A DNA stretch of 64,000 nt, taken from contig CAXXKM010000002.1 in the NCBI GenBank assembly GCA_963664435.2, positions 1,053,852 through 1,117,851 of the forward strand, in the 5' to 3' direction. Below are positions 1 through 9,763 of the stretch, piece after piece. Within the stretch, counting starts at the first letter, position 1, and each line of letters opens with the position of its first letter. The stretch comes from Longimicrobiales bacterium (GTDB lineage: Bacteria > Gemmatimonadota > Gemmatimonadetes > Longimicrobiales > Gaopeijiaceae). The position numbers and the translations under genes were made by a program. The notes beneath the pieces are model-generated. The model ran no database searches. It saw nothing but the letters and a program-made list of their open reading frames with translations, and was not told where the DNA came from.

Positions 1-193
1 CCTCCGAGATCCACACCGCGTAGGGGTCGCCGACGCCGCGCCAGGGAAGGTCCCGCTTGTGCGCGTCGAACCACGCGAGCAGTCTTTCGTGGATGGCTTC
101 CATTCTCCTGTGGATGGCCGGCCACGCCTTCCGTCGTTCGGGATGATCGACCGGCGGGCGCGGGCGGGACGTTCACTCCGGGGGGGCAGGGCA

Positions 194-1483
194 ATGCGCT
201 TCACGACCTACACAAAGTATCGGCCCGGCCTGCTCGACGCCCTGAACCTTGAGGCCCTGCTCGAGCACCTCACCGACTTCCTGATGGACGGCGGCTTTGC
301 CGGCGGTCCGCACTTCCATCCCTACTGGGGATGGTCCGGGACCGAGGATACGAGCTCCTACGACGCCCTCCAGAGGGCGATTCTCGACGCCCTCATCGAG
401 AGCGGACAGTTCACCCCGGAGATGTTGGACGAGCTCCGCGGCGAAGGCGAAGGCGACGAGGAGGTTCAGCGGCGGATCGCGCAACTCATCGACGACATCG
501 TCCAGAAGCTCGTGGAAGAGGGATACCTGACCCTGGAGGGCGGCGAAGCCATGCCGGGGCCCACGCAGGAGATGACGGGCCAGGGGCACGTCGACGAGGC
601 CAGGGACGCCGCCCGCAGCGTGAACTTCGGGCTCACCCGCAAGGGCGTGGATTTCCTGGGGTATCGCGCTCTGCGCAATCTGCTCTCCGCCAGCGGCACG
701 TCCAGCTTCGGCTCCCACGAAACACCGAAGCTGGCGACCGGCGTGGAGGCCGACGCGGCGAGCCGTCCCTACGAGTACGGCGACGTCCTCAACCTCGACA
801 TTCCCGCAACCCTCCGGAGCGCGATCGAGAGGGAGGGGCTGTCCATCCCCATCGAGCTCGACTACAAGGACCTGATGGTGCATCAGACCGAGTACCGGTC
901 CTCCTGCGCGACGGTGCTCATGCTCGACGTGTCGCACTCGATGATCCTCTACGGCGAGGATCGCTTCGGTCCCGCCAAGCGGGTCGCCCTGGCGCTGACC
1001 CACCTGATCCGCACGCAGTTTCCGGGCGATGTCCTCAAGGTCGTGACGTTCGGCGACCGTGCCACCGAGATCCCGCTTTCGCAGCTGGCGCGGGCGCAGG
1101 TGGGACCGTTCCACACGAATACCGCGGAAGGCCTCCTGATCGCGCGCCGCCTGCTCAAGGCGCAGAAGAAGGACATGATGCAGATCATCATGATCACCGA
1201 CGGCAAACCCTCCGCGGTGACCCTTCCCAACGGGCGCATCTACAAGAACTCGGGCGCGCCCGACGGCCTGATTCTGCGGAGGACGTTCCGGGAAGTGGCG
1301 GCGTGCCGGAACGCGGGCATCCATATCAACACCTTCATGCTCGCCCGCGACCCCTACCTGGTGCGCTTCGTGCGCGAAGTGGCCGAGATCTCGCGCGGAA
1401 AGGCCTACTTCACGAGTTCGCTCACCCTGGGGCAGTACATCATGATGGACTTCCTCAGGCGCAAGCAGCGCCGGATCGCCTGA
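194..1483 (+). CDS. VWA domain-containing protein
   Basis: MIDAS motif DVSHSM, TNT and ITDGKP; start moved to ATG 194 (MRFTTY). Confidence 0.85.
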   Translation: MRFTTYTKYRPGLLDALNLEALLEHLTDFLMDGGFAGGPHFHPYWGWSGTEDTSSYDALQRAILDALIESGQFTPEMLDELRGEGEGDEEVQRRIAQLIDDIVQKLVEEGYLTLEGGEAMPGPTQEMTGQGHVDEARDAARSVNFGLTRKGVDFLGYRALRNLLSASGTSSFGSHETPKLATGVEADAASRPYEYGDVLNLDIPATLRSAIEREGLSIPIELDYKDLMVHQTEYRSSCATVLMLDVSHSMILYGEDRFGPAKRVALALTHLIRTQFPGDVLKVVTFGDRATEIPLSQLARAQVGPFHTNTAEGLLIARRLLKAQKKDMMQIIMITDGKPSAVTLPNGRIYKNSGAPDGLILRRTFREVAACRNAGIHINTFMLARDPYLVRFVREVAEISRGKAYFTSSLTLGQYIMMDFLRRKQRRIA

Positions 1484-1594
1484 TCAGGAGCCGGAGGCCC
1501 GGCGACCAGGCCTTCACCGCCATCGCGCTGTCGTGCACGCCTTGTTTCGGCCGGGCGGAACCGTGACAAACTAATCGAACTTAGTCCATTTAGT

Positions 1595-1984
1595 TCATCC
1601 AGAGTTCCGGGTGCGGCTCAGCCTGCCCGCGGGCCTCGGCACCAGCGCGGCGAGCACTTCGGCCAGTTCCCGCGTGCCGGCCGCGGCCTTCTCGCGATCC
1701 CCGCCCCCGGCCGCAAGCGCCGCCCGGGCGCAGGCCTCCAGGCTCTCGACCGTCGCCCAGTCGACGTCCAGGGCCCCCGCAAGGGTGGTGAGCAGCTCGT
1801 CGGCGTAGTTCAGGCGCGTGGCCCGGCGGCCGGCGTTCAGGTCGTCCCACGAGGACTGGCGCCTGCTCCGGGTCGGATCGCGGGCCTTCTCGCGCTCGTA
1901 GATGCCCCGCGCCAGTCGCTCCCGGAGCGCTCGGCGCAACTCCCGGCTGCGGTCCCCCGTGTCCCGGGCCGGGGCGCGTGTCAT
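1595..1984 (-). CDS. hypothetical protein (129 aa)
   Basis: ATGA overlap with the HmuY stop; last gene of the hem operon. Confidence 0.55.
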   Translation of the reverse strand: MTRAPARDTGDRSRELRRALRERLARGIYEREKARDPTRSRRQSSWDDLNAGRRATRLNYADELLTTLAGALDVDWATVESLEACARAALAAGGGDREKAAAGTRELAEVLAALVPRPAGRLSRTRNSG

Positions 1985-2670
1985 CGTTCGGCCGCGGACG
2001 GGGATGGGTCCCGGGGGTCCGGCTCGCGATTCACGACCGTGCCGGTTTCCCCGGGCGTCCCAAGCGCGCGTCCGCCGGCGCCCTGGTAGACGTAGCGGAA
2101 GGTCAGGCATCCGGGCTGGGCGCCCGGGCAGTAGTACGCCAGCAGCTGCACCTTGGCGTAGCGCCCGTCCGCGGTCCTGACCCCATACACGGTGGGGTGG
2201 GGCGTCAACAGGTGGCTGGTCCAGCCGTAGGCATACCAGCGCTCGATGGCGGCGTTGACGGAATCGCGACGGACCCTGGTCTCCACGTAGGCCGCGTCGG
2301 GCAGCTCCGAAACCGCGTCGAAGTCGGCGCCCTCCAGGGGGATGACCCCGCCGTCCCCGGAAAAGCCGGGGCCGCCGTTGGCGATGATGTGGAAGCGCCG
2401 GAAGGCCAGGTCCCAGTCGCGGGCCCCGGGGTCTCCCACCACCGACCCGCGCGAGAAGTCGAAGAACTGCCATGCGTCGGTTGAGGTGGCGTCCACGGTG
2501 TACACGATGGGACCGACCAGCGTCTCGCCGACCTCGGAGGGGTTGGGGGGCGTCGGGACGTGCGCCTCGATCCCGGGCCGGCCGAACGACATGGTCACCA
2601 GCGCGACGGCCAGAACCACGATGATGCCCACCAGCGCGGCCGGCACCCGGTTCTCCGGGCGGATCCTCAA
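1981..2670 (-). CDS. HmuY family heme-binding protein, N-terminal membrane anchor
   Basis: WQFFDFS, WDLAFRR, WYAY..TSHLLTP, VRTADGRYAKVQLLAYY motifs; TTGA overlap with the hemB stop. Confidence 0.8.
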   Translation of the reverse strand: MRIRPENRVPAALVGIIVVLAVALVTMSFGRPGIEAHVPTPPNPSEVGETLVGPIVYTVDATSTDAWQFFDFSRGSVVGDPGARDWDLAFRRFHIIANGGPGFSGDGGVIPLEGADFDAVSELPDAAYVETRVRRDSVNAAIERWYAYGWTSHLLTPHPTVYGVRTADGRYAKVQLLAYYCPGAQPGCLTFRYVYQGAGGRALGTPGETGTVVNREPDPRDPSPSAAER

Positions 2671-3650
2671 CCGTCCTCGCGCAGCCAGCGTGCGGCCTCC
2701 ACGGCGTAGTAGGTGACGATGATGTCCGCGCCGGCCCGCCGGATCGCGCCCAGGCTCTCGAGCGCCACCGCCTTCTCGTCGATCCAGCCGCGTTCGCCCG
2801 CGGCGCGCAGCATGCTGAATTCGCCGGAGACCTGGTACGCCGCGGTGGGCGCGCGGAAGGTATCCTTGACCCGCCGGATCACGTCCAGGCACGGGCCTGC
2901 CGGCTTCACCATCACAACGTCCGCGCCCTCCTCCAGGTCGGCCCGCACCTCGCGCAGCGCTTCGTCGCTGTTGGCGGGGTCCATCTGGTGGGTGCGGCGG
3001 TCGCCGTGCGACGGAGCCGAGTGGGCGGCGTCGCGGAAGGGACCATAGAAGGCGGACGCGTACTTGGCGGCGTACGACACGATGGGGGTTGAGCCGTGAC
3101 CCGCCGCGTCCAGGGCCGCGCGGATCACGCCCACGCGCCCGTCAAGCATGTCGCTCGGGGCCACCGCGTCCGCTCCCGCGCGAGCGTGCGCGACGGCCGC
3201 CCGCGCGAGCAGAGGAAGCGTGGCCTCCTCGTCCAGGGCGCCATCCGGCGTCAGCACGGCGCAGTGGCCGTGGTCGGTGTACTGGCAGAGACACACGTCG
3301 GTCCAGACCGGAAGGTCGGGATGATGCGCCTTGAGTGCGCGCACCGCCCGGGGTACGAGGCCGTCGTCCGCGCAGGCTTCGGAGCCGAGCGCGTCCTTGC
3401 GGTCGGGCACTCCGAAGAGGAGCACCGCGCCCACGCCCGCGTCCACGGCCGCTGCGGCCTCCTCCACCAGCAGTTCGCGGGAAAGGCGGTGTACGCCGGG
3501 CATGCTGGGCACGGGCTCGCGCCGTTTTTCGCCCGGCACCACGAAGAGCGGATACACGAGATCGCGCGCCCGGAGCACGCTCTCGCGTACCAGGCGACGC
3601 CAGGCCGGCGACTGCCGGAGGCGGCGGAGACGGTGCTGCGGATAGGCCAT
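2667..3650 (-). CDS. hemB: porphobilinogen synthase
   Basis: DVCLCQYTDHGHC Zn site, APSDMLDG, YASAFYGPFRDA, MVKPA, AYQVSGE. Confidence 0.97.
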   Translation of the reverse strand: MAYPQHRLRRLRQSPAWRRLVRESVLRARDLVYPLFVVPGEKRREPVPSMPGVHRLSRELLVEEAAAAVDAGVGAVLLFGVPDRKDALGSEACADDGLVPRAVRALKAHHPDLPVWTDVCLCQYTDHGHCAVLTPDGALDEEATLPLLARAAVAHARAGADAVAPSDMLDGRVGVIRAALDAAGHGSTPIVSYAAKYASAFYGPFRDAAHSAPSHGDRRTHQMDPANSDEALREVRADLEEGADVVMVKPAGPCLDVIRRVKDTFRAPTAAYQVSGEFSMLRAAGERGWIDEKAVALESLGAIRRAGADIIVTYYAVEAARWLREDG

Positions 3651-3696
3651 GCGTCGGGATGCCGCCGGTTTGCGGGAGGGCCGTCCGTCGCGGCGC

Positions 3697-5028
3697 TCAG
3701 CCGGCGCCGCTGCGCGCGCGGTCGCCGTTGGACTCGGCCGGCTCGTCCGGCGTCAACTGGAAGATTTCCTTGACCGCGGCCAGGCTGGAGACCCCCTCGG
3801 AAGTCTCCAGGTCGAGCTCGCGCAGGTGGCAGGTGGGCTGGTGCAGCAGCCGGGCCACCAGCGAGCGGGTGTAGCGTTCCAGGCGGTCGCGGCTCGACTC
3901 GTCGAAACCGGGCAGGTGCCGGCGCACTTCCTCTTCGGCGATCCGGTAGAAGCTCTCGCGCAGCGACCGGAGCACGGGGACCACCTGCAGCGTTTCGAAC
4001 CAGTCGACGAAGTTCTGGAGTTCTTCGTCGACGATGCGCTCGACGTGGGGAATCTGCTTGCTGCGGCGGATCAGGTTCTCCTGCACGATGTCGCCCAGGC
4101 TGTCCAGGTCGCGCAGGAAGACGTTGGGAATGCGGCCGGCTCCGGATTCGACATCCCTGGGATTGGCGATGTCGATGATCACCAGCGGCCTTCCACCCCG
4201 CTCGCGTATTATGGCGCAAAGCGTCGCGGCGGTGATGACCGGGTTCGGGGCGGAGGTCGCGGTCACCACGACGCTTGCCGTCCTGAGCGCGGCGTGGAGT
4301 TCGCCGAAGGGCCGCGCGGCCCCGCCGAACTCGTCCGCCAGCGCCCGCGCGCGTCCGGCGGTGCGGTTGACGATGGTCAGGCTGAGGGGCTTCTTCGCGG
4401 CGAAGTTGCGTGCCGCCTGAGCGCCGGTGCGTCCCGCGCCCACCACCAGCACGGCCTGCTCGGAAAGGTCGGAAAGGATGTTGGTGGCCAGTCGCACCGC
4501 GGCGAACGCCACCGACGCCGATCCCTTGCCGATATCCGTTTCCGCGCGCGCTCGCTTTCCCGTGCGCACGGCGGACTGGAAGAGGCGGGTGAGGTACGGC
4601 CCGCAGGTTCCCTCTTCCGCCGCCAGCGCATAGGCCTGGCGTACCTGTCCCAGCACCTGCGGCTCCCCGATCATGAGCGAATCGAGCCCGGCGGCCACGC
4701 GGAAGAGATGATGAGCCCCCTCGCGTCCGCTCAGGGAGAACGTGTGACGTTCGGTGGATACGGCGTCGTTTTCCTTGATGTCGCGCAGCTTGTGGCGCAC
4801 CAGTTCGATGGCCCGTGCGGGCTCCCGCGTCCAGGCGAAGATCTCGGTCCTGGTGCATGTGGAAAGGACCACGCTTTCGCGAATCAGGCGGTCGCCGTGG
4901 GCGCCGTCGCCATGCATGTCGACGAGCGTTCCGAGCAGCTTGCGCGTTTCCTCCCCGGAAAGCGCCAGCCGGTCCCGGGCCGCGGCCGGGGCGACCCTGT
5001 GGTTGGTTCCGAATACGAGGAGTTCCAC
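3697..5028 (-). CDS. hemA: glutamyl-tRNA reductase
   Basis: LSTCTRTE, GLDSLMIGEPQVLGQV, GAGRTG, DIANPRD; GTG start after GGGAG. Confidence 0.95.
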   Translation of the reverse strand: MELLVFGTNHRVAPAAARDRLALSGEETRKLLGTLVDMHGDGAHGDRLIRESVVLSTCTRTEIFAWTREPARAIELVRHKLRDIKENDAVSTERHTFSLSGREGAHHLFRVAAGLDSLMIGEPQVLGQVRQAYALAAEEGTCGPYLTRLFQSAVRTGKRARAETDIGKGSASVAFAAVRLATNILSDLSEQAVLVVGAGRTGAQAARNFAAKKPLSLTIVNRTAGRARALADEFGGAARPFGELHAALRTASVVVTATSAPNPVITAATLCAIIRERGGRPLVIIDIANPRDVESGAGRIPNVFLRDLDSLGDIVQENLIRRSKQIPHVERIVDEELQNFVDWFETLQVVPVLRSLRESFYRIAEEEVRRHLPGFDESSRDRLERYTRSLVARLLHQPTCHLRELDLETSEGVSSLAAVKEIFQLTPDEPAESNGDRARSGAG

Positions 5029-5108
5029 CGTCTCCCTGGATTGAAGCGATGTGCTCGGCCCGATCCGTTCCGGGCGAGTCCCGAACCTTTCGGGAAAGCG
5101 GGCAGGCA

Positions 5109-5127
5109 GAAGATGATAATAATTGTC
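5109..5127. promoter_or_regulatory. Fur-box-like site between the divergent hemA and ferredoxin genes
   Basis: GAAGATGATAATAATTGTC matches GATAATGATAATCATTATC at 15/19 (hand count); AT-rich patch in GC-rich DNA. Confidence 0.5.
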
Positions 5128-5228
5128 GGTACGGCACGCCTTCAACCTTGCCCGGTTTCGCGGTCCTGAAGAAGTTGAGCGGTCCGAGTCGGCACCGGCG
5201 AGGACTTTACTCCAGCGACGGGATCCCG

Positions 5229-5474
5229 GTGAGCGACATTCAGGAGCGACGCGTCGGAGACCTTCTGATCCAGATCGACCGAAACCTTTGCGTGGGATTC
5301 GGCGACTGCATCGAGGCCGCGGAAGCCGCCTTCGAGCTGGACGACGAGGGGGTCGCGGTGTTCAGGGAAAGCATCGACGGGGTGGACCGCGAGACCCTGC
5401 TGGCCGCCTGCGACGAGTGTCCCGTGGACGCCATTGCCGTAATCGATTCCGACGGAAGGCAGCTCCTGCCCTGA
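5229..5474 (+). CDS. ferredoxin (single cluster, possibly 3Fe-4S)
   Basis: CVGFGDC...CPVDAI. Confidence 0.85.
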   Translation: MSDIQERRVGDLLIQIDRNLCVGFGDCIEAAEAAFELDDEGVAVFRESIDGVDRETLLAACDECPVDAIAVIDSDGRQLLP

Positions 5475-5496
5475 CCCGCCGCCCGGGCCCGCGACC

Positions 5497-6405
5497 ATGA
5501 GGAAGATCCGCACCTACCACGAGGTGGAGTCGCAGACGGGCGACCTGCTCGTGGATCAGATCAGGGGCCAGCGCCAGCGACTCGAGAGCCGGCTGGCCGG
5601 GATTCGCAGCCTGATCGCCGTCGGGAGCGGCAAGGGGGGGGTCGGCAAGAGCCTGGTGACGGCCAACCTGGCTGCCGCCCTCGCCGGAGAGGGCTGCTCG
5701 GTGGGCGCGCTGGACGCGGATCTGAACGGCCCGTCCCTGGCCCGCATGCTGGGCGCGTCCGGGGAGCGGCTGGTGGATGGGGCCGAGGGCGTGGTTCCGG
5801 CGCCGGCCGCCTGCGGTGTCCGTGTCATGTCGATGGAGTTGCTGCAGAACGACGCCGACGCTCCCCTGCGCTGGCGCGCGCCCTCCGGCGACGGCTTCCT
5901 GTGGCAGAGCTCGATCGAGACCGGAGCCGTGCGGGAGTTTCTGTCGGATGTGGCGTGGGGCGAGCTCGACTTCCTTCTGATGGACCTGCCGCCGGGCACC
6001 GACAAGATGGATCGCATCTTCCAGCTGCTGCCGGGGCTCGGGACCCTGCTTCTGGTGACGACTCCGTCCGAGATGTCGCGCCGGGTCGTGGCCCGGGCGG
6101 CGTGCCTGGCGCGCGAGCAGGGAATCCCGCAGGTGGGGCTGGTGGCGAACATGACCGAATACGTCTGTCCGTGTTGCGGTCACTCGGATCCCCTCTTTCC
6201 CGGGGACGGCGTCACGCGCCTGGCGGGAGCCACCGGTCTGGAGATCTGGAGCCGGATCCCCTTCGATCCCCGTCTGGGCGAGGGATCCGACCGCGGGGTC
6301 CCCGCCGTGATCGCCGGAGGGGATTCGCCGGGCGCGCGCGCCTTCCGGGCGCTGGCGGGGAGGCTCGCCGATCTCGGGCGGACCGGGAAGGAGGATGGCC
6401 GATGA
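5497..6405 (+). CDS. Mrp/NBP35 (ApbC) Fe-S carrier ATPase
   Basis: GSGKGGVGKS, DADLNGPS, DLPPGT, CPCCG. Confidence 0.9.
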   Translation: MRKIRTYHEVESQTGDLLVDQIRGQRQRLESRLAGIRSLIAVGSGKGGVGKSLVTANLAAALAGEGCSVGALDADLNGPSLARMLGASGERLVDGAEGVVPAPAACGVRVMSMELLQNDADAPLRWRAPSGDGFLWQSSIETGAVREFLSDVAWGELDFLLMDLPPGTDKMDRIFQLLPGLGTLLLVTTPSEMSRRVVARAACLAREQGIPQVGLVANMTEYVCPCCGHSDPLFPGDGVTRLAGATGLEIWSRIPFDPRLGEGSDRGVPAVIAGGDSPGARAFRALAGRLADLGRTGKEDGR

Positions 6406-6854
6406 AATTTCTCTGCATCCAGTGCGATCACATCATGGCCTTCGCGGAACGCCAGCTGCCCGGGGACGGCACCCTGGCGGCGGTGTTCGAGTGCTCGGCG
6501 TGCGGGCGCGACATCGCCATGCTCACCAACCCCATGGAGACCCAGCTGGTGAGCAGCATGGGCATCGAAATCGGGGGCCGGACGGTGCCCGAGCAGCCCA
6601 TGGAACTGGTGCGGGGCAACCTTGCGGGGGGGCGGCAGGACGCGTTTGTGGAGGAGGAGCCCCCCGCTCCCGCCCGTCCCGGCCGGGTCGAGTGGACCCC
6701 GGATGCGGTGGACCGGCTCGGCCGGGTGCCGTCCTTCGTGCGCGGCATGGTCAAGCGCATCTATACCGACTACGCCCGCGAACGAGGCATCGACCGCATG
6801 ACCCCGGAGGTCATGGACACGGCACGCTCGGATCTGGGGCTGGAGGGAATGTGA
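6402..6854 (+). CDS. Zn-ribbon + PCP_red domain protein
   Basis: CIQC/CSAC pairs; C-terminal WTPDAVDRLGRVPSFVRGMVK; ATGA overlap. Confidence 0.75.
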   Translation: MKFLCIQCDHIMAFAERQLPGDGTLAAVFECSACGRDIAMLTNPMETQLVSSMGIEIGGRTVPEQPMELVRGNLAGGRQDAFVEEEPPAPARPGRVEWTPDAVDRLGRVPSFVRGMVKRIYTDYARERGIDRMTPEVMDTARSDLGLEGM

Positions 6855-7303
6855 CCGATTCGAGCCGGGACCTCGCCCCGCGGCAGGCGCGGCCCGCCGG
6901 GCGGGAGCAGGACCGGGGGCCCGCCCCGGGACACGGCGATGCGCGCGCCCGCAAATTCCGGCAGGCCGCCTTCTGGTATCTGCACGTCGGGCTGCTCTAC
7001 GAGGCGGCAGTGGTCGCCATGTGGCGCAACGGGCTCGTCAACCCGATCCGCGGGCCCATCGTGCTCTGGCTCCTGCTTGGAGCTGCGATCGTGGCGCTGG
7101 TCTTCTGGGGCCTCTGGTTCCGGCGGAGCGTGTGGCTGGCCCGCGGGATCTGGGGGCTGCACGCGCTGCGCCTGCCGAGCATGATCGAAGGCGCGTTCCT
7201 GCCCGGACCCGATGCAGCGCTGCCCGCAGCCTTCTACCTGACGGCCATCGTCGTCATCGTCATCAACCTGTGGCTGCTGGCGCGCGCCGGATGGGATCTC
7301 TGA
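6851..7303 (+). CDS. small membrane protein
   Basis: GTGA overlap; several hydrophobic segments. Confidence 0.65.
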   Translation: MTDSSRDLAPRQARPAGREQDRGPAPGHGDARARKFRQAAFWYLHVGLLYEAAVVAMWRNGLVNPIRGPIVLWLLLGAAIVALVFWGLWFRRSVWLARGIWGLHALRLPSMIEGAFLPGPDAALPAAFYLTAIVVIVINLWLLARAGWDL

Positions 7304-7373
7304 CCCGGGGCGGGGCGATTTCCCGGAGTGGATCCGGGCCTTCACGCGCCGTCCCCGCACACCTCCGGGACGT

Positions 7374-7403
7374 TTGACATCGATCAGCGATTTCCGGTAT
7401 AAT
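7374..7403 (+). promoter_or_regulatory. consensus sigma70 promoter with an overlapping FNR/CRP-like site
   Basis: TTGACA-18 bp-TATAAT; TTGAC-ATCG-ATCAG at 7374-7387. Confidence 0.7.
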
Positions 7404-7645
7404 CTGCCCGGCTCCGCAAGGGCCGACACATGGGATCTGAACGAGCGGGCCCGGGCGCCCGCTCATGTTATGTACGCCGACCTATCGGCGACCGCCTTCG
7501 GGGACTTGGCCCTGCCTGACTTGCCGAACCAAGTGGACTGTCTCGTGCTCTCTTCTTGCCTTGGCGGACATGCGTTCGCCGCTCGCGAGTTGCATGGCTG
7601 AACCACACGCGCCAGGTCCCTCGAAAACCCCCAATCGAGGCAGCC

Positions 7646-9763
7646 ATGTACCGTGAGATCTTTGTTCCAGTGGATAACTCGCCCTGGTCGGACTGGGCGG
7701 TGGATCGCGCCATCGAACTTGCTTCGCGCTCCGACGGAAGCGTCACCGGAAACCACGTGTACGCCGCGCGCCTGCACGACATCCGCTTCCGCCAGCTCGA
7801 GACGGGCCTTCCCGCCCAGTTTCAGACCGAGGCCGAGATCAAGCGGCAGCGCAAGATCCACGACAAGCTGATCGAGAAGGGGCTGCAGCTCATCTCCGAT
7901 TCGTTCCTGGACCAGGTCGACCGCCGCTGCCAGGATGCCGGCGTGCCTCTGACGCGCCAGCTGCTGGAAGGCATCAACTACGAAGAGATCGTGAGCGAGG
8001 TGAACTCGGGCGAGGGCCACCTGCCGAGCCTCATCGGCTTCGATCCCAACATCGCCTCGAGCTACGACGGGGGCGACAAGGTGCGCAGCGACGTGCGCCT
8101 GGGCGCGGACGGCCGCATCGTCGCGGAGGACGAGGAGCACGACGAGAAGCTGGCCGGATCGAGCGGCCGCGACTACGACCTGATGGTCATCGGGGCGCAC
8201 GGCATCGGCCATCAGCCCTTCTCCCAGCTCGGCGGCGTGGTGGCGCGCGTGCTTCAGAAGGTGGACAAGGACGCCTTGGTGGTGCGGAACGAGCGGCCGC
8301 TCGCCGGGGGCAGCTTCATGGTGTGCGTGGACGGCTCCGCGTACAGCTACAAGGCCATGCGCCTCGCCCTGGAGATGGCCTCGGAGTACGGGGCGAAGCT
8401 CTACGTGGGCTCATCCTTCGATGTCGAGTACCATCACGCGGTCTTCGGCAACATCAAGGACGTGCTCTCGGTGCAGGCCTCGAAGATCTTCAAGTTCGAG
8501 GAGCAGGAAGAGCTTCACAACAACATCATCGACAAGGGACTGCTGAAGCTCGCCCAGGCCAACGTGAAGCGGGCGCGCATCATGGCGGAGGAGTATCCGG
8601 AGGTCGAAGTCGAGACCCAGGTGCTCATCGGCAAGCCCTTCCAGGTCATCCTGCAGTGGGCCGAGGAAGTCGACCCCGGCCTGCTCATCCTCGCGCGCCA
8701 CGGCGCGCACCGCATCGACGGCACGGACCTGGGGTCCCAGGCGCACAATCTGCTGCGGCAGTCGGACGCGAACATCCTCCTCATCGGCACCACCGACGTT
8801 CGTCCGGAGGAGATTCCCTGGATCGAGGAAGACGGCGAGATGGGGCTCGAGTGGGCTCCGGAGGCGGAGGTCCGCATCCTGCGCGTCCCGCCCTTCGCTC
8901 TCGGCATCGCCCGCAAGGCGGTGGAGGAATACGTGCTGGAGAACTGGCGCCCGCGGGAGGAGGCGTCCGAGCCGTCCGCCAACGGATCCGGCGCCGGCGG
9001 AGCGCGCGCAAATGGTGCCTCGGGCGCGCACGCGAACGGGTCCGACGGAGCCGAACCGCCGCTCCTGGAGCCCGGGCGCGACACCGGCGCCACCCTGCCC
9101 ATGGTGACGAGCGAGTGGCTGGACGAGGCGATCGCCAAACTGCTTCCCACCCACATGCAGCTCATCATGGGGATCGGCACGGCCGAGGAGCTCGCGCTCG
9201 CCGAAGTGAAGGCGGGGGAGGCCATGAAGCGCACGGTGGTCGAGGGCAACGACGCCGACCCCGTGCCTGCCAGCCCGACCATCGAAACGACGTGCCCTTA
9301 TACCGGGCACGTGCATGAACGGGTGCGCACGGCGGCCGACCCGGTGGTGTGGACCGAAGAGGCCTTCGACCGCCTGGGCGCGGTGCCGCTCATCGCCCGC
9401 CCCCTGGCGCGCAACACGGTGGAGCGCTTCGCCCGCGACCACGATTTCTGGCGCATCACCACGCGGGTCATGGACGAGAACAAGCAGGCCATGATGGAGG
9501 CGGACACCTTCGACACCGACACCATGCTGGTGATGTTCCGGGAGCTGCAGACCAAGCAGCTCAAGGCCGCGGCCGAAGGCGTCGACGGGCTGACCCCGGA
9601 AATGCGCAAGTTCATCGAGGAGGCCAAGGCTTCGGGCGTGACCCGCTGCCCGATCCGCGACGTGGCCGAGCAGGCCGACGACTGCCCGGTCGACTTCAAG
9701 ACCGTCAGCCCCGCCGACGCGAAGGCCGCCGTCGAGCAGTTCATGCGCCGGGAAGAGGCCTGA
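7646..9763 (+). CDS. tandem universal stress protein domains fused to two PCP_red domains
   Basis: IFVPVDNS and MVCVDGS Usp starts, GAHG/ARHG motifs; WAPEAEVRILRVP and WTEEAFDRLGAVP. Confidence 0.8.
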   Translation: MYREIFVPVDNSPWSDWAVDRAIELASRSDGSVTGNHVYAARLHDIRFRQLETGLPAQFQTEAEIKRQRKIHDKLIEKGLQLISDSFLDQVDRRCQDAGVPLTRQLLEGINYEEIVSEVNSGEGHLPSLIGFDPNIASSYDGGDKVRSDVRLGADGRIVAEDEEHDEKLAGSSGRDYDLMVIGAHGIGHQPFSQLGGVVARVLQKVDKDALVVRNERPLAGGSFMVCVDGSAYSYKAMRLALEMASEYGAKLYVGSSFDVEYHHAVFGNIKDVLSVQASKIFKFEEQEELHNNIIDKGLLKLAQANVKRARIMAEEYPEVEVETQVLIGKPFQVILQWAEEVDPGLLILARHGAHRIDGTDLGSQAHNLLRQSDANILLIGTTDVRPEEIPWIEEDGEMGLEWAPEAEVRILRVPPFALGIARKAVEEYVLENWRPREEASEPSANGSGAGGARANGASGAHANGSDGAEPPLLEPGRDTGATLPMVTSEWLDEAIAKLLPTHMQLIMGIGTAEELALAEVKAGEAMKRTVVEGNDADPVPASPTIETTCPYTGHVHERVRTAADPVVWTEEAFDRLGAVPLIARPLARNTVERFARDHDFWRITTRVMDENKQAMMEADTFDTDTMLVMFRELQTKQLKAAAEGVDGLTPEMRKFIEEAKASGVTRCPIRDVAEQADDCPVDFKTVSPADAKAAVEQFMRREEA

